From positions 1,401 through 65,400 of the forward strand of contig JAAYZR010000010.1 in assembly GCA_012514745.1 (NCBI GenBank): a stretch of DNA of 64,000 nt. Reading direction: 5' to 3'. The notes under the pieces were generated by a model that saw nothing but the letters and a program-made list of their open reading frames with translations, had not been told where the DNA came from and searched no databases. Both the position numbers and the translations under genes were made by a program. This stretch comes from Candidatus Undivivens industriae. GTDB taxonomy: Bacteria > Omnitrophota > Gorgyraeia > Gygaellales > Profunditerraquicolaceae. Every line of letters begins with the position of its first letter. The first letter of the stretch is position 1. This document shows, in pieces, positions 42,133-53,102 of the stretch.

Positions 42133-43128
42133 CTACGCTTTTTTCATCCAGGGCATCATCTCCCTGAGTTTGCGGCCGACTTTCTCTATCTTGTGATTGT
42201 CTCCTGCCTTGAGCAGTTTGTTGAATACCGGGCGGCCTTTTTCGTTCTCTTTTATCCATTCCTTGGCGAACTTCCCGGTCTGTATTTCCTTAAGGATCTT
42301 TTTCATTTCCTGCCTGGTTTTTGCGGTAATCACCCTTTTGCCCCTGGAAAGGTCGCCGTAGCAGGCGGTATTGGAAACTCCACGGCGCATGCCGGCTATA
42401 CCGCGCTCCTGGATCAGGTCGGTGATGAGCTTCAACTCGTGCAGAACCTCGAAATAGGCTATCTCAGGCTGGTACCCCGCTCCTATCAAGGTGTCGAAAC
42501 CGGCCATGATCAGCTCGGACACGCCGCCGCAAAGCACGGCCTGCTCGCCAAAAAGATCCGTCTCGGTCTCTTCCGCGAAAGTAGTCTTGATGACTCCGGC
42601 GGTTGTCGCCTTCAGGGCTTTGGCATAAGCCAGCGCCAGATCAAGCGCTTTTCCGCTGGCGTTCTGGAAAACCGCCACCAGAGAAGGAACGCCTTTGCCT
42701 TCTTCATACATCTTGCGCACCAGGGCGCCCGGGCCTTTGGGAGCGACCATGAACACGTCCACGTTCTTGGGCGGCACGATCTGCTTGAAATGGATGTTGA
42801 AGCCGTGCGAAAAACAAAGGGCTTTCCCTGCCTTCAGATTAGGTTCTATCGCCTTACGATAGACTATCGCCTGCACGTGATCCTGAGTAAGGATCTGTAT
42901 GATATCCCCTTTGCGGGCCGCATCCTCGGCGCTCATCGGCGTAAAACCGTCTTTCCTGGCCTGCTCGTAGTTAGGCGTACCGGGGAGCTCTGAAACCACC
43001 ACTTTACAACCCGAATCACGCAGGCAGAGAGACTGCCCGCGCCCTTGTATGCCGTAACCGAGGATAGCGATTGTCTTATTCTTTAAAAGGTTCAGATCCG
43101 CGTCCTTATCGTAATATACCTTGGCCAT
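42133..43128 (-). CDS. ilvC: ketol-acid reductoisomerase
   Basis: Starts [12 protein letters not shown] with the GYGIQG Rossmann motif. Confidence 0.92.
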   Translation of the reverse strand: MAKVYYDKDADLNLLKNKTIAILGYGIQGRGQSLCLRDSGCKVVVSELPGTPNYEQARKDGFTPMSAEDAARKGDIIQILTQDHVQAIVYRKAIEPNLKAGKALCFSHGFNIHFKQIVPPKNVDVFMVAPKGPGALVRKMYEEGKGVPSLVAVFQNASGKALDLALAYAKALKATTAGVIKTTFAEETETDLFGEQAVLCGGVSELIMAGFDTLIGAGYQPEIAYFEVLHELKLITDLIQERGIAGMRRGVSNTACYGDLSRGKRVITAKTRQEMKKILKEIQTGKFAKEWIKENEKGRPVFNKLLKAGDNHKIEKVGRKLREMMPWMKKA

Positions 43129-43138
43129 CTTCCCTCCT

Positions 43139-43642
43139 CTATGCTGTTTTTGACTTTGGCGTGAGGTCGCCGGTCGCCATCGCGATCTTGCCCGCCCGCA
43201 CCAGTTCTTTTATTGTGAAACGCCTTGTATCTTCCAGCGCCTTCTTCAGTTTTTCCTGATCCCCGACTATCTCGACTATCGCCGTATTCCCCCGGCAATG
43301 AGTGACTCCAGCGCCCCATTTCTTCGCCAGCGACTCCAGCGCCGCCTTGTCACCGGCGGGACAAGACACCTTGATCATCATCAACTCCCGGTCTATGTAA
43401 TCCTTCTTTGTGAAATCGGTGACCGTGATGACGTCGATCAGTTTATTCAGTTGTTTTTTGACCTGTTCGAGTATCTTCTCGTCCCTGGTATCCACCACCA
43501 TCGTAAGATACGATATGCTGGGATCGAGAGTCTCGCTGACGGAAAGCGAAGTGATGTTGTATCCGCGGGCGCTGAACAATCCGGCAATCCTCGCCAGCAC
43601 TCCAAACTTATTTTCCACCAGTATAGATATCGTATGTCTCAT
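43139..43642 (-). CDS. ilvN: acetolactate synthase small (regulatory) subunit
   Basis: ACT domain beginning [26 protein letters not shown]. Confidence 0.88.
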   Translation of the reverse strand: MRHTISILVENKFGVLARIAGLFSARGYNITSLSVSETLDPSISYLTMVVDTRDEKILEQVKKQLNKLIDVITVTDFTKKDYIDRELMMIKVSCPAGDKAALESLAKKWGAGVTHCRGNTAIVEIVGDQEKLKKALEDTRRFTIKELVRAGKIAMATGDLTPKSKTA

Positions 43643-43690
43643 AAAAACCTTCTTTCCTTAGGAACAGTTGAGAACTCGATAATCGAGATT

Positions 43691-43722
43691 TGACCGCAAT
43701 CGAAGTCTGTATTTCTCTATTC
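43691..43722 (-). promoter_or_regulatory. conserved leader motif (TGACCGCAATCG-N3-TCT-N-TATTT-CTATT) 49-80 nt upstream of ilvN
   Basis: Shared with the ilvD leader (47333-47364), at the same distance from the start codon. Confidence 0.45.
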
Positions 43723-43766
43723 TCTCTTTCGGCATTCTCTATACCGCCTCTATTTCTCAAAGTCTG

Positions 43767-43803
43767 TTCAAAAAGCCACAGGTGATAGGCGTGCGCCAAG
43801 TGG
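43767..43803 (-). terminator. putative terminator/attenuator hairpin in the 242-nt ilvB-ilvN spacer
   Basis: AGCCAC...GUGGCU stem with an internal GGCG..CGCC sub-hairpin, followed by UUUUUG on the minus strand. Confidence 0.3.
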
Positions 43804-43884
43804 CTGCGGAGGCGTATGTTGTCATATACGCCGCACAAAGACACGCGGCGCGCAACAACGCAGATGGGGCTTGTTCAACAGACT

Positions 43885-45555
43885 TCACGCCATTCCGCCG
43901 ATCATCCGGTTGATCGCCTCCCCAGCCGGCACCATGGGAAAAACATTCTCCTCCGGCTCTATGCGGAAATCTATCATTACCACTTTATCTAAGGCTATGG
44001 CTTTCTCTATCGCAGGACGCACTTCTTCCCTCTTGGTGACGCGTATTCCTTCGGCGCCGTAGCTTTGCGCCAGTTTCACGAAATCCGGGTTAAAAAGCGT
44101 GGTATGCGAATAACGGCGTTTATAAAAAAGCTCCTGCCATTGCCTGACCATACCAAGATAGCCGTTGTTCAATATCGCGATTTTCACGTTGATCTTGTTG
44201 CTGACGCAGGTGGCGAGCTCTTGAATGTTCATCTGTATGGAGCCGTCCCCGGCTATGTCGAAAACTATCCTCTCCGGATAGGCGACTTTCACCCCCATCG
44301 CGGCCGGGAAACCGAACCCCATCGTGCCCAGGCCGCCGCTGGAGATAAAAGTCCTCGGATAATCATATTTATACCACTGCGCCGCCCACATCTGGTTCTG
44401 CCCGACCTCCGTGGCGATAAGCGCCTTGCCCTTGCTGGCGGCGTCTATCTGCTCTATCACATACTGAGGCTTGATCCTGCCGCTTTCCTTATAGATCATT
44501 GGATACTTCTTCTTCCAGCCTTCCACGGTCTTCAGCCACTCCGCGGTATCGGGAACTGACCGTATCTCCTCCAAAAGCTGGCCGAGAACGTTCCTGGCGT
44601 CTCCCACCATCGGTATGTCCACCTTCACGTTCTTGCTTATGGAAGCCGGATCGATATCTATGTGAATTATCTTCGCAGAAGGCGCGAAAACGTCTATCCT
44701 GCCGGTAACCCTGTCGTCGAAACGCGCGCCCACGGCTATGATCAGATCGGACTCCATAATAGCGTGGTTTGCGTAAGCGGTGCCGTGCATCCCGAGCATA
44801 CCGAGGGAAAGTTTGTGCGTGGCCGGGAAACCTCCGATACCCATAAGGGTCCAGGTAACCGGTGCGTTTATCTTTTCCGCCAGTTCCCGCAATTCATTGT
44901 GCGCTCCGGAAGTGATTACCCCTCCTCCCGCGTAAATCAACGGCCTGCGCGCGAAAGAGATCATCCTCGCGGCTTTTTTAACCTGTCCGGGGTGGCCGAA
45001 AAGCGTGGGGCGGTAACTGCGGATGCAAACCTGTTCGGGCCAGACGAACTCGCACTCCTGCTGCTGCACGTCAACCGGAATATCCACAAGCACCGGCCCC
45101 GGTCTGCCTGTGGAAGCGATCCAGAACGCCTCCCGGATAATCGATGCCAGATCCAAAACATCCTTCACGAGATAATTATGCTTGGTGATGGAACGTGTTA
45201 TGCCGGTGACGTCCGCCTCCTGAAAAGCGTCGTTGCCGATCAACGAAGTCTTCACCTGGCCGGTAATGGCGACCACGGGTATGGAATCCATATAAGCCGT
45301 CGCCAGCCCGGTGGTCAGGTTGGTAGCCCCCGGCCCCGAAGTGGCCAGGCAGACGCCGGGCCTTCCTGTGGCGCGCGCGTAACCGTCGGCCGCGTGCGCC
45401 GCCGCTTGTTCATGCCTGGTAAGCACGAAGTTTAAACCGGCGTCGTAAAGGCTGTCGAATATCGGCAGAACGGACCCGCCCGGATAACCGAAAATAACCC
45501 CGGTATTCTCCCGTTTTAAACATTCGATCAGTATGTCCGCGCCCTTCATTTTCAT
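43885..45555 (-). CDS. ilvB: acetolactate synthase large (catalytic) subunit
   Basis: ThDP enzyme with the GDG..N motif; 556 aa. Confidence 0.9.
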   Translation of the reverse strand: MKMKGADILIECLKRENTGVIFGYPGGSVLPIFDSLYDAGLNFVLTRHEQAAAHAADGYARATGRPGVCLATSGPGATNLTTGLATAYMDSIPVVAITGQVKTSLIGNDAFQEADVTGITRSITKHNYLVKDVLDLASIIREAFWIASTGRPGPVLVDIPVDVQQQECEFVWPEQVCIRSYRPTLFGHPGQVKKAARMISFARRPLIYAGGGVITSGAHNELRELAEKINAPVTWTLMGIGGFPATHKLSLGMLGMHGTAYANHAIMESDLIIAVGARFDDRVTGRIDVFAPSAKIIHIDIDPASISKNVKVDIPMVGDARNVLGQLLEEIRSVPDTAEWLKTVEGWKKKYPMIYKESGRIKPQYVIEQIDAASKGKALIATEVGQNQMWAAQWYKYDYPRTFISSGGLGTMGFGFPAAMGVKVAYPERIVFDIAGDGSIQMNIQELATCVSNKINVKIAILNNGYLGMVRQWQELFYKRRYSHTTLFNPDFVKLAQSYGAEGIRVTKREEVRPAIEKAIALDKVVMIDFRIEPEENVFPMVPAGEAINRMIGGMA

Positions 45556-45595
45556 TGTAAAGCGTCCTTCTTCCTTCGTGCTTGGCCTTTTAAGT

Positions 45596-47290
45596 CTATC
45601 GGCTATGGACTTTCTTCATTTTACCGCACACATTGCCGGCGGAAAGCACTGCGCCGCGATCGGCGGAAAGCACCATAGCGGAATACCTGGCAAGGTAACC
45701 TTTGGTTATTTTTGGAGGAACGGGTTTCCAGCCGCGGAACCTCCGAGCGATTTCCGCTTTCGTCAGTTTTACTTCCAGTTTCCTGGCCGGGATATCTATC
45801 CTTATTATATCATTCTCGCGGATAACGGCAATAGGCCCGCCGCTGGAAGCTTCCGGAGAAACATGCCCTATGCAGGGGCCTTTTGTCCCGCCGGAGAACC
45901 TTCCGTCGGTAATCAAAGCTACCGAGTCCGCCAGCCCCATCCCGACTATGGCGGCCGTGGGCGCCAGCATTTCGCGCATACCGGGTCCGCCCGCCGGCCC
46001 TTCGTATCTGATAACTATCACTTCTCCGCCCTTGATTTTCCCGCCGAGGATGGCCTTCATAGCTTCCTCTTCCCTCTCGAAAACCCTGGCTCTGCCCTCG
46101 AAACGCATCATTTTCGGGCCGACCGCGGCCTGTTTTACCACCGCTCCGTCCGGGGCGAGATTTCCGTAAAGGACCGCGATCCCGCCTTCCTTATGATACG
46201 CCTTGTCGAAAGGCCTGATGACTTCCTCATCGAGTATAGCGGCGCGGGAGGCTATGCTATGGACCTTCTCACCACTGACCGTGAGCGTATTGTGCAGCTT
46301 ATCCCGGAGACGGCGCATTACCGCCGGTATCCCCCCGGAGAACTCCAGGTCTTCCATATAATGCGTGCCGGCCGGCTCGATATTCGTGATATGCGAAGTA
46401 TTCCTGCTGATGCGGTCGAAAGACCGAAGATCGAGTTTTATCCCGGCTTCCTGCGCGATCGCCATCAGATGCAGCACGGTATTGGTGGAACCTCCGAGAG
46501 ACATATCCACCATTATGGCGTTCTCCAGAGATTCCCGGGTGATGATATCGCGGGGGCGGATGTTCTTGCGCACGAGCTCCACCACGCGCTCTCCGCTGGC
46601 CTGGGCGATACGGCGTTTCTTGGCGGAAACTGCCAGCGCCGTCGCGCAACCCGGCATGGATATACCCATCGTCTCCAGCAGACAGGCCATGGTATTGGCA
46701 GTGTATAACCCCTGACAGGAACCGGCGCCGGGACAAGCTTCCATTTCCAGGCACTCCAGCTCCGAAGAAGTAATCTCGCCCTTCTTCGCGCGGGCAAGCG
46801 CCTCGAAAGTATCGTGCACGAACGCCAGTTTGCGCCTTCCCAGCCTGCCGCTCAGCATCGGCCCGGCGGTCACTATCACCGTGGGAATATTCAGCCTGAC
46901 GGCTCCCATTACCATGCCGGGAGTGATCTTATCGCAATTGGTCAGGCAGATCAGGCCGTCCAGCTGGTGCGCGTTGCAAACCGTTTCCACGCTGTCGGCA
47001 ACGAGCTCCCTGGAAGCCAGAGGATAACACATCCCCAGATGCCCCATGGCGATCCCGTCGCAAATACCGGGTATGCCGAAGAAAAAGGGCACGCCGCCGG
47101 CATAACAAATACCTCTTTCGATATATCTCTCGAGGTCGCGCATTCCGGAATGACCGGGGATGAGATCGGTGAAAGCGGTAGCCACCCCAATGAAAGGCTT
47201 CTCGAAATCTTTTCTGCTCAATCCCGTGCCGTGCAGCAGAGCGCGGTGCGGAACCCTCTCCAAACCTTTCTTGATTGTATCCGAACGCAT
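45596..47290 (-). CDS. ilvD: dihydroxy-acid dehydratase
   Basis: 564 aa; the CPGAGSC Fe-S motif and the IlvD/EDD family signature. Confidence 0.92.
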   Translation of the reverse strand: MRSDTIKKGLERVPHRALLHGTGLSRKDFEKPFIGVATAFTDLIPGHSGMRDLERYIERGICYAGGVPFFFGIPGICDGIAMGHLGMCYPLASRELVADSVETVCNAHQLDGLICLTNCDKITPGMVMGAVRLNIPTVIVTAGPMLSGRLGRRKLAFVHDTFEALARAKKGEITSSELECLEMEACPGAGSCQGLYTANTMACLLETMGISMPGCATALAVSAKKRRIAQASGERVVELVRKNIRPRDIITRESLENAIMVDMSLGGSTNTVLHLMAIAQEAGIKLDLRSFDRISRNTSHITNIEPAGTHYMEDLEFSGGIPAVMRRLRDKLHNTLTVSGEKVHSIASRAAILDEEVIRPFDKAYHKEGGIAVLYGNLAPDGAVVKQAAVGPKMMRFEGRARVFEREEEAMKAILGGKIKGGEVIVIRYEGPAGGPGMREMLAPTAAIVGMGLADSVALITDGRFSGGTKGPCIGHVSPEASSGGPIAVIRENDIIRIDIPARKLEVKLTKAEIARRFRGWKPVPPKITKGYLARYSAMVLSADRGAVLSAGNVCGKMKKVHSR

Positions 47291-47332
47291 ATCGATGCCT
47301 CCTTAAAAATAAGCGGACAACTTCAGGAATCT

Positions 47333-47364
47333 GACCGCAATCGCAACTCTCTATTTTCTATTGC
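47333..47364 (-). promoter_or_regulatory. conserved leader motif 43-74 nt upstream of ilvD
   Basis: 12-nt identical core TGACCGCAATCG plus a conserved TATTT/CTATT tail, as in the ilvN leader. Confidence 0.45.
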
Positions 47365-47402
47365 CGATTGCTCCGTACGTCGTCATTTTCGATAACAGCG
47401 TA

Positions 47403-48728
47403 CTAATCCGCGCCTTCCCCGTCGTGCACCACCGCCTCGCGCTCCGTTCTCTTGCGCGAGATGACCCTTTTCAAGGTAATATATTTGTTGACCAGTTCCC
47501 TGTTATCGACGTTGTTCAACTGCTTGAACAGGAATTCGAACTTGGCCTCTATCTCGGAGGAGATCGCATCCTTTATTTCTTTAGGCAGGGCCATTATCTC
47601 TTTCTTGAAAGGGCCCAGCGCCTTTTTGCGGGATTTATAGAAAAACTGTTCTTCGGTCTCGCCTTCCTTGCGCTCCGAGGCGGCGTTAACTTTCAGCCAT
47701 TCGTATATCTTCGCTTTCAATTCGGCGGGGAAATGCCTGCTGTCCAGTATCATATTCTGGAACTCGGTGGCAAGATGCACTTCCGCGGTCTCGGCGGCCG
47801 GGAAATTATGGAACGCCTCGGCCGGCAAAGTGGACGCGCCATGCTGAACCGCCCCCGCCAGTCCGAACTCTTCCCTGGCCAGTCTGGAAAGGGTCTTCAA
47901 TGTATCGAAATCCAGTTTGACCTGAGCTATACTGCCGTCGGGCAGGACAACGCCTCCGTGCGAAGTCCCGGTCTGGATGCTGATCTTGCTGATCCCCTTG
48001 CGCCCCTTGCGCAGCCTCTCGCGGAAACCCTGCATGAACGCGCGCAGGTCCTCGGGCGTGGAATTCTTGGCGCCGACTTCTCCGATCTCGCCGCCGACCG
48101 AAACCTCGATGCCGCGCGGCTGCACCTGCCTGATGTACTGTGTGAGGCGCGCGCAGACGTCGTAATTATTGAACTGCTGTTTACGCACTTCCGGCTTGGC
48201 AAGATCTACAAGCGTGGAAGAATCGATATCTATGTTATAGAACCCTGCCTCCACGGCTTCGGCTATAAGCGCCTTAAGGCTCCCCAACTCTTTCTCCGCG
48301 TCCTCTTTGAACTTCTTGGCGTTGACCTGAAAGTGGTCGCCCTGCACAAAAACCGGTCCTTTATACCCTTCTTTTATCGCCGCCGCCAGGATCACCGCCG
48401 AGTACTCGACCGGAGGCTGCGCCGTGTATCCCATCTCCGACTTGGCGATCTCGAAAATGAAAGCCCCGGAATTATTCCTTATTGCCACCTTGAACATCGC
48501 CCTGGCCAGGTCATAAGTCATACTGCGCAGGTTCACGGCCGGAACGGTAAACCCGGAGAACTCGCCTTTGCCGCGGGCTTCGTAAAGCCCCTGAATACTG
48601 GAAAGATAAATGCCTTTTTTATAAGCCAGAGCCCTGATCTTTGCCGCCAACGCCTTCTTCGCCGCCGCGTCGTCGCTGTTAACCAGCTCCATTACGATCT
48701 TGTCGATATCCTGCGGTTTTCTGCCCAT
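47403..48728 (-). CDS. fba: class II fructose-bisphosphate aldolase (long ~440-aa type)
   Basis: VQGDHF metal ligand and SHGG/GEIG motifs. The start is reassigned to 48728, preceded by GGAAGGAGAA. Confidence 0.65.
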   Translation of the reverse strand: MGRKPQDIDKIVMELVNSDDAAAKKALAAKIRALAYKKGIYLSSIQGLYEARGKGEFSGFTVPAVNLRSMTYDLARAMFKVAIRNNSGAFIFEIAKSEMGYTAQPPVEYSAVILAAAIKEGYKGPVFVQGDHFQVNAKKFKEDAEKELGSLKALIAEAVEAGFYNIDIDSSTLVDLAKPEVRKQQFNNYDVCARLTQYIRQVQPRGIEVSVGGEIGEVGAKNSTPEDLRAFMQGFRERLRKGRKGISKISIQTGTSHGGVVLPDGSIAQVKLDFDTLKTLSRLAREEFGLAGAVQHGASTLPAEAFHNFPAAETAEVHLATEFQNMILDSRHFPAELKAKIYEWLKVNAASERKEGETEEQFFYKSRKKALGPFKKEIMALPKEIKDAISSEIEAKFEFLFKQLNNVDNRELVNKYITLKRVISRKRTEREAVVHDGEGAD

Positions 48729-48862
48729 TTCCGATTCTCCTTCCCTTTCTATCACCCGCTGCTTTATAAAGACGCGGACACTGTTCAGTTTTTATCAAGT
48801 TTATACATAGTGCAATGTGTACATAAGTTTCTGATAATCGAAAACCGAAATTAGATCGTCCG

Positions 48863-49828
48863 TCAAGTCAAAAGTTTCAACAGGCCGTAAAGCCCGGCGG
48901 TCTTGAATTCCTTCTTGCTGACCGCCTTCTCCATATCCACCTCACTCAGGCTGTCCGAAACCACGCCCACGGCTTTGCCGGTATGCCCTTGCAAAAGAAG
49001 ATTTACCGCCTCTGCTCCCATTCTGGTGGCAAGTATGCGGTCCCTGGCAGAGGGGGATCCTCCTCTCTGCACGTGTCCGAGCACCACCACGCGCGTCTCA
49101 AGATCCGTCATCTCGGTTATGCGGCCGGCGATATCTTCGGCACTGCCGGCTCCTTCCGCGACAATGATTATCCAGCTGATCTTGCCGCGGATGTTTCCTT
49201 CCACGATCTCGTGGCACATAGCGTGGAAATCGAACTCCCTTTCCGGCACCAGGGCCTCTTCTGAGCCGCTGCCCAGCGCCACCTGGAGGCATATATACCC
49301 GGAATCCCGGCCCATCACCTCAACCACGAAGATACGCTCCATGCTGGTGGCCGTATCGCGGATCTTGTCGATCGCCTCCATGGCAGTGTTGACCGCGCTG
49401 TCGGCGCCGATAGTCTCATCTGTGCCGTTGATATCGTTATCTATGGTGCACGGCACGCCGATACAGGGGACTCCCCATTTACGCGCCAGCGCCAAACCTC
49501 CGTGATAAGTGCCGTTGCCTCCCAGAAGCACCAGACCGTCTATCTCATATTTCTTAAGCGTCTCTACGGCGCGTTTCTGCCCGTCTTCCGAAAAGAATTC
49601 CGGGCAGCGCGCGGTCTTCAGGATCGTTCCGCCCCTGTTTATGATGTTTGAGACCGAACGGTGGGTCAACGGTTTCACTTCTTCGTTGATCAAACCGCTG
49701 TAGCCGCGGAATATTCCGAACACTTCCAGATTATGCGCCGCGGCAGACCTGGCCACACTGCGGATGGCCGCGTTCATACCCGGCGCGTCGCCTCCGGACG
49801 TCAAGACGCCGATCCTCTTCAAATTCAA
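48863..49828 (-). CDS. pfkA: ATP-dependent 6-phosphofructokinase
   Basis: Carries [17 protein letters not shown] and MGR motifs. Confidence 0.9.
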   Translation of the reverse strand: MNLKRIGVLTSGGDAPGMNAAIRSVARSAAAHNLEVFGIFRGYSGLINEEVKPLTHRSVSNIINRGGTILKTARCPEFFSEDGQKRAVETLKKYEIDGLVLLGGNGTYHGGLALARKWGVPCIGVPCTIDNDINGTDETIGADSAVNTAMEAIDKIRDTATSMERIFVVEVMGRDSGYICLQVALGSGSEEALVPEREFDFHAMCHEIVEGNIRGKISWIIIVAEGAGSAEDIAGRITEMTDLETRVVVLGHVQRGGSPSARDRILATRMGAEAVNLLLQGHTGKAVGVVSDSLSEVDMEKAVSKKEFKTAGLYGLLKLLT

Positions 49829-51084
49829 GTCCCCATCTCCCAGCTCGCGAGATATTTCTTTTGCTCGGCGGTAAGCGTATCTATCTTTATCCCCATGCTC
49901 TTGAGCTTCAGCGCCGCGATGCCGCTGTCTATCTCATAGGGGACCCTGTAAACCTGGTGCTGCAGCCTGCCGTGGTTGACGGCGATGTATTCGAGCGAAA
50001 GCGCCTGGTTGGCGAAAGACATATCCATTACGTGCGCCGGGTGGCCTTCGGCGGCGGCGAGATTGATCAAACGCCCCTCCCCGAGGATATACACCCTTCT
50101 GCCGCTCTTCAACGTGTATTCTTCCACGGAATCCCTGATCACCCTCGGCTTTCCGGATATTTCACGCAGACCGGTTATATCTATCTCGACGTTGAAATGG
50201 CCTGAATTAGCCACGATGGCGCCGTCTTTCATCAGCTTGAAATGCTCTTTTCTGATCACGTTGATGTCGCCGGTCACCGTCACGAATACGTCTCCTTTGA
50301 CCGCGGCGTCTTTGATCGGCATTACCTCATAACCGTCCATCACCGCTTCCAGCGCCTTCAACGGGTCGACTTCGCAGACCACCACTTTTGCCGCCATCCC
50401 CTTGGCGCGCATGGCCACGCCTCTGCCGCACCAGCCGTATCCGCAGATCACGAGGGTCGCGCCTGCCAGCAGTTTGTTCGTGGCCCTGACTATACCGTCT
50501 AAAGTGGACTGCCCCGTTCCGTAACGATTGTCGAAAAGATGTTTGGTGTCGGCGTCGTTGACCGCGATTATCGGATAACGCAGTTTGTTCTGATTGGCAA
50601 GCGCCCTCAACCGAATGACGCCTGTGGTGGTCTCCTCGGTGCCGCCCACCACGGGCTTCTTCATATAGAGCCCCGGGTTCTGGTGGATGGTCGAGACCAG
50701 GTCCGCGCCGTCGTCCATAGTGACGTCCGGCTGCGCGGCAAGCACGGCTTCTATGTGCCTGTAATAAGTTTTCGTGTCCTCGCCCTTGACGGAAAAAACC
50801 GGTATCCCGAGATTCTTCACCAGGGAAGCGGCGACATCGTCCTGCGTGGAAAGCGGATTTGAGGCGCACAGGCAAACCTGCGCTCCGCCGGCCTTCACTA
50901 CCTCCATCAATACCGCGGTTTCGGTGGTTACATGCAGGCAACAGGCGACTTTCAGCCCCTTCAAAGGCCTCTCCCTGGAAAAACGCTCCGCGATCAACCC
51001 GAGAACAGGCATATTGTTGCGCGCCCATTCAATACGCAAAGCGCCCCTGGAAGACAATTTTATATCTTTGACGTCATAATTCAT
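49825..51084 (-). CDS. ahcY: adenosylhomocysteinase
   Basis: 419 aa; SAHH NAD-binding domain. Confidence 0.9.
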   Translation of the reverse strand: MNYDVKDIKLSSRGALRIEWARNNMPVLGLIAERFSRERPLKGLKVACCLHVTTETAVLMEVVKAGGAQVCLCASNPLSTQDDVAASLVKNLGIPVFSVKGEDTKTYYRHIEAVLAAQPDVTMDDGADLVSTIHQNPGLYMKKPVVGGTEETTTGVIRLRALANQNKLRYPIIAVNDADTKHLFDNRYGTGQSTLDGIVRATNKLLAGATLVICGYGWCGRGVAMRAKGMAAKVVVCEVDPLKALEAVMDGYEVMPIKDAAVKGDVFVTVTGDINVIRKEHFKLMKDGAIVANSGHFNVEIDITGLREISGKPRVIRDSVEEYTLKSGRRVYILGEGRLINLAAAEGHPAHVMDMSFANQALSLEYIAVNHGRLQHQVYRVPYEIDSGIAALKLKSMGIKIDTLTAEQKKYLASWEMGT

Positions 51085-51121
51085 TCTGATCGGCTCCCTG
51101 ATGGTTGCGGTCCAAACGCGG

Positions 51122-52294
51122 TTAAATTTTCTTGCCGGCGGCTTTTTTTAGCACCGGAGCCTTGTCCGTGCTTTCCCAGCTGAACTCCGGTTCCGTTCTT
51201 CCGAAATGCCCGTAGCAGGCTGTCTTGATGTATATCGGCCTCAAAAGATCGAGACTCTTTATCATCCCTTTCGGCGTCAGTTCGAAGTTCTCCCGGATCA
51301 ATTTCACGAATTCCTGCTCCGAAAGCTTCCCGGTGCCGAAACAATCCACCATTACCGCCAGCGGTTCCGCCTTGCCGATAACGTAAGCCAGGTGCACCTG
51401 GCATTTGTCCGCCAGGCCTGCGGCAACTATGTTCTTTGCGATGTAACGGCACATATAAGCCGCCGAACGGTCGACCTTGGTCGGGTCCTTGCCGGAGAAA
51501 GCCCCGCCTCCGGGAGAAACCACTCCGCCGTAAGTGTCCACGACGATCTTCCTCCCGGTCATGCCTGTATCCGACTGCGGCCCTCCGACCACGAATTTCC
51601 CGGTCTCATTGACGTAGAACTTGGTGTCTTTATCCATGAAATCCTTGACCACCGGTCTGCCTATGGCCTCTATTATTTCCTCTTTAGCCTTCTTGGTAAT
51701 GAACTCTCCGCTTGTATCCAGGATATCCTCGGTATGCTGGCATGCCAGGACCACCGAATCCAGCCTTTTCGGATGCCCGTCGTGATACTCCACCGTGACC
51801 TGCGATTTGCCGTCCGGACCGAGATATTTCAGCGTCCCGTCCTTGCGCACCTTTGCCATGCGCGCCACCAGCTTATGCGAAAGCATAAGCGATAAAGGCA
51901 TCAATTCCTTCGTCTCGCGGCAGGCGTAACCTGTCATGAATCCCTGGTCGCCGGCGCCGCCCCTATCGACCCCCTGGGCTATGTCGGGCGACTGGGTATG
52001 TATGGTATTTATGACCGCGCAAGTGTGGTAGTCGAAGCCGTACTTCGGGTGCGTATAACCTATATTCTTGAGCACGGTTCGGGTAAGATTGTGGACATCC
52101 ACGTAGCTTGTCGTGGTGATCTCCCCGCCGACTATCAAAAGCCCCATGGTAACGTATGTCTCGCAGGCGACCCTTCCGTAAGGATCGTGCTTCAGCACAT
52201 CGTCAAGCACGGCGTCCGATATCTGGTCGCAGACTTTATCCGGGTGCCCTTCGGCTACCGATTCCGAGGTAAAATAATGCTTGCGCGAATTCAT
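51122..52294 (-). CDS. metK: S-adenosylmethionine synthetase
   Basis: [21 protein letters not shown]. The start is set at MNSRK (52294), preceded by AAGGGGAGAAGGG. Confidence 0.92.
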   Translation of the reverse strand: MNSRKHYFTSESVAEGHPDKVCDQISDAVLDDVLKHDPYGRVACETYVTMGLLIVGGEITTTSYVDVHNLTRTVLKNIGYTHPKYGFDYHTCAVINTIHTQSPDIAQGVDRGGAGDQGFMTGYACRETKELMPLSLMLSHKLVARMAKVRKDGTLKYLGPDGKSQVTVEYHDGHPKRLDSVVLACQHTEDILDTSGEFITKKAKEEIIEAIGRPVVKDFMDKDTKFYVNETGKFVVGGPQSDTGMTGRKIVVDTYGGVVSPGGGAFSGKDPTKVDRSAAYMCRYIAKNIVAAGLADKCQVHLAYVIGKAEPLAVMVDCFGTGKLSEQEFVKLIRENFELTPKGMIKSLDLLRPIYIKTACYGHFGRTEPEFSWESTDKAPVLKKAAGKKI

Positions 52295-52348
52295 CCCTTC
52301 TCCCCTTTCCATTACTTGAACGTTGTGTGTATATTTACCCGGTCACGC

Positions 52349-53092
52349 TTACTTCCCGGCGGCGCGGAAATACGCATCAGCTTCCCTGTAAGAATCATGA
52401 TGCCCTATATCATACCAGCGGCCGCCGAAAACAAAACAAAAAACATCCTCTTTTCTTCTCAACCACTCTATGAAGAAACCTACGGCGTCTTTCTTGTTGC
52501 CCTCTTTAAGGTATTCACCCACCAGGCCCAGCTTGCATCCTGGAAGGTGATAAAGGCACATCCCTACCAGCGCCGAGGCAGGACGCGCCGGTTTCTCCTG
52601 AAAATCCGCCACCCTGCCTGAATCCAGACTGACAACTCCGTATTTCCCGGCTTTTTTCCTGTCTTTGATATCGTAGGCCCCGATGACGACGGCCGGCGAC
52701 TTAGCGGAAGAAAAAACGGCGAATTCTTCGAGCCCGGAATCGAAAAGATTATCCCCCCCGATCACAAGCAAATCTTCCGTGATCCCCTTTCTGCCGATCA
52801 CAAAATCCAGATCGCCTATGGCGCCCCTGCGCAGTTCCGGGGTGGAGGTCAGGTCGTCCACCACCGTTGCCCGAAGGCCTCTGCCGCGCCTTTTAGCCCA
52901 TCTCTCGAACAAAGAAGCGAATTTACTATTGGTGACCACGATGATCTCGTCCACGCCGCGCAGCGCCTCGATCTTGGCGGCGATGTGGTCTATGATCGGC
53001 TTGCCGGCAACGGGAAGCAAAGGTTTGGGATAATTCCTGGTCAACGGATACAGCCGCGTGGCGTAACCGGCGGCTAATATAAGCGCTTTCAT
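52349..53092 (-). CDS. sugar-phosphate nucleotidyltransferase (NTP_transferase family)
   Basis: Starts MKALILAAGYATRLYPLTRNYPKPLL, the G1P nucleotidyltransferase signature. Confidence 0.8.
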   Translation of the reverse strand: MKALILAAGYATRLYPLTRNYPKPLLPVAGKPIIDHIAAKIEALRGVDEIIVVTNSKFASLFERWAKRRGRGLRATVVDDLTSTPELRRGAIGDLDFVIGRKGITEDLLVIGGDNLFDSGLEEFAVFSSAKSPAVVIGAYDIKDRKKAGKYGVVSLDSGRVADFQEKPARPASALVGMCLYHLPGCKLGLVGEYLKEGNKKDAVGFFIEWLRRKEDVFCFVFGGRWYDIGHHDSYREADAYFRAAGK

Positions 53093-53102
53093 TTTCTCCC
53101 GG

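Noticed and set aside
43608-43844. 78-aa minus-strand ORF inside the ilvB-ilvN spacer
   Set aside because: It has no RBS, overlaps the ilvN start, shows no homology signal, and the region is better explained by hairpins and the conserved leader motif.
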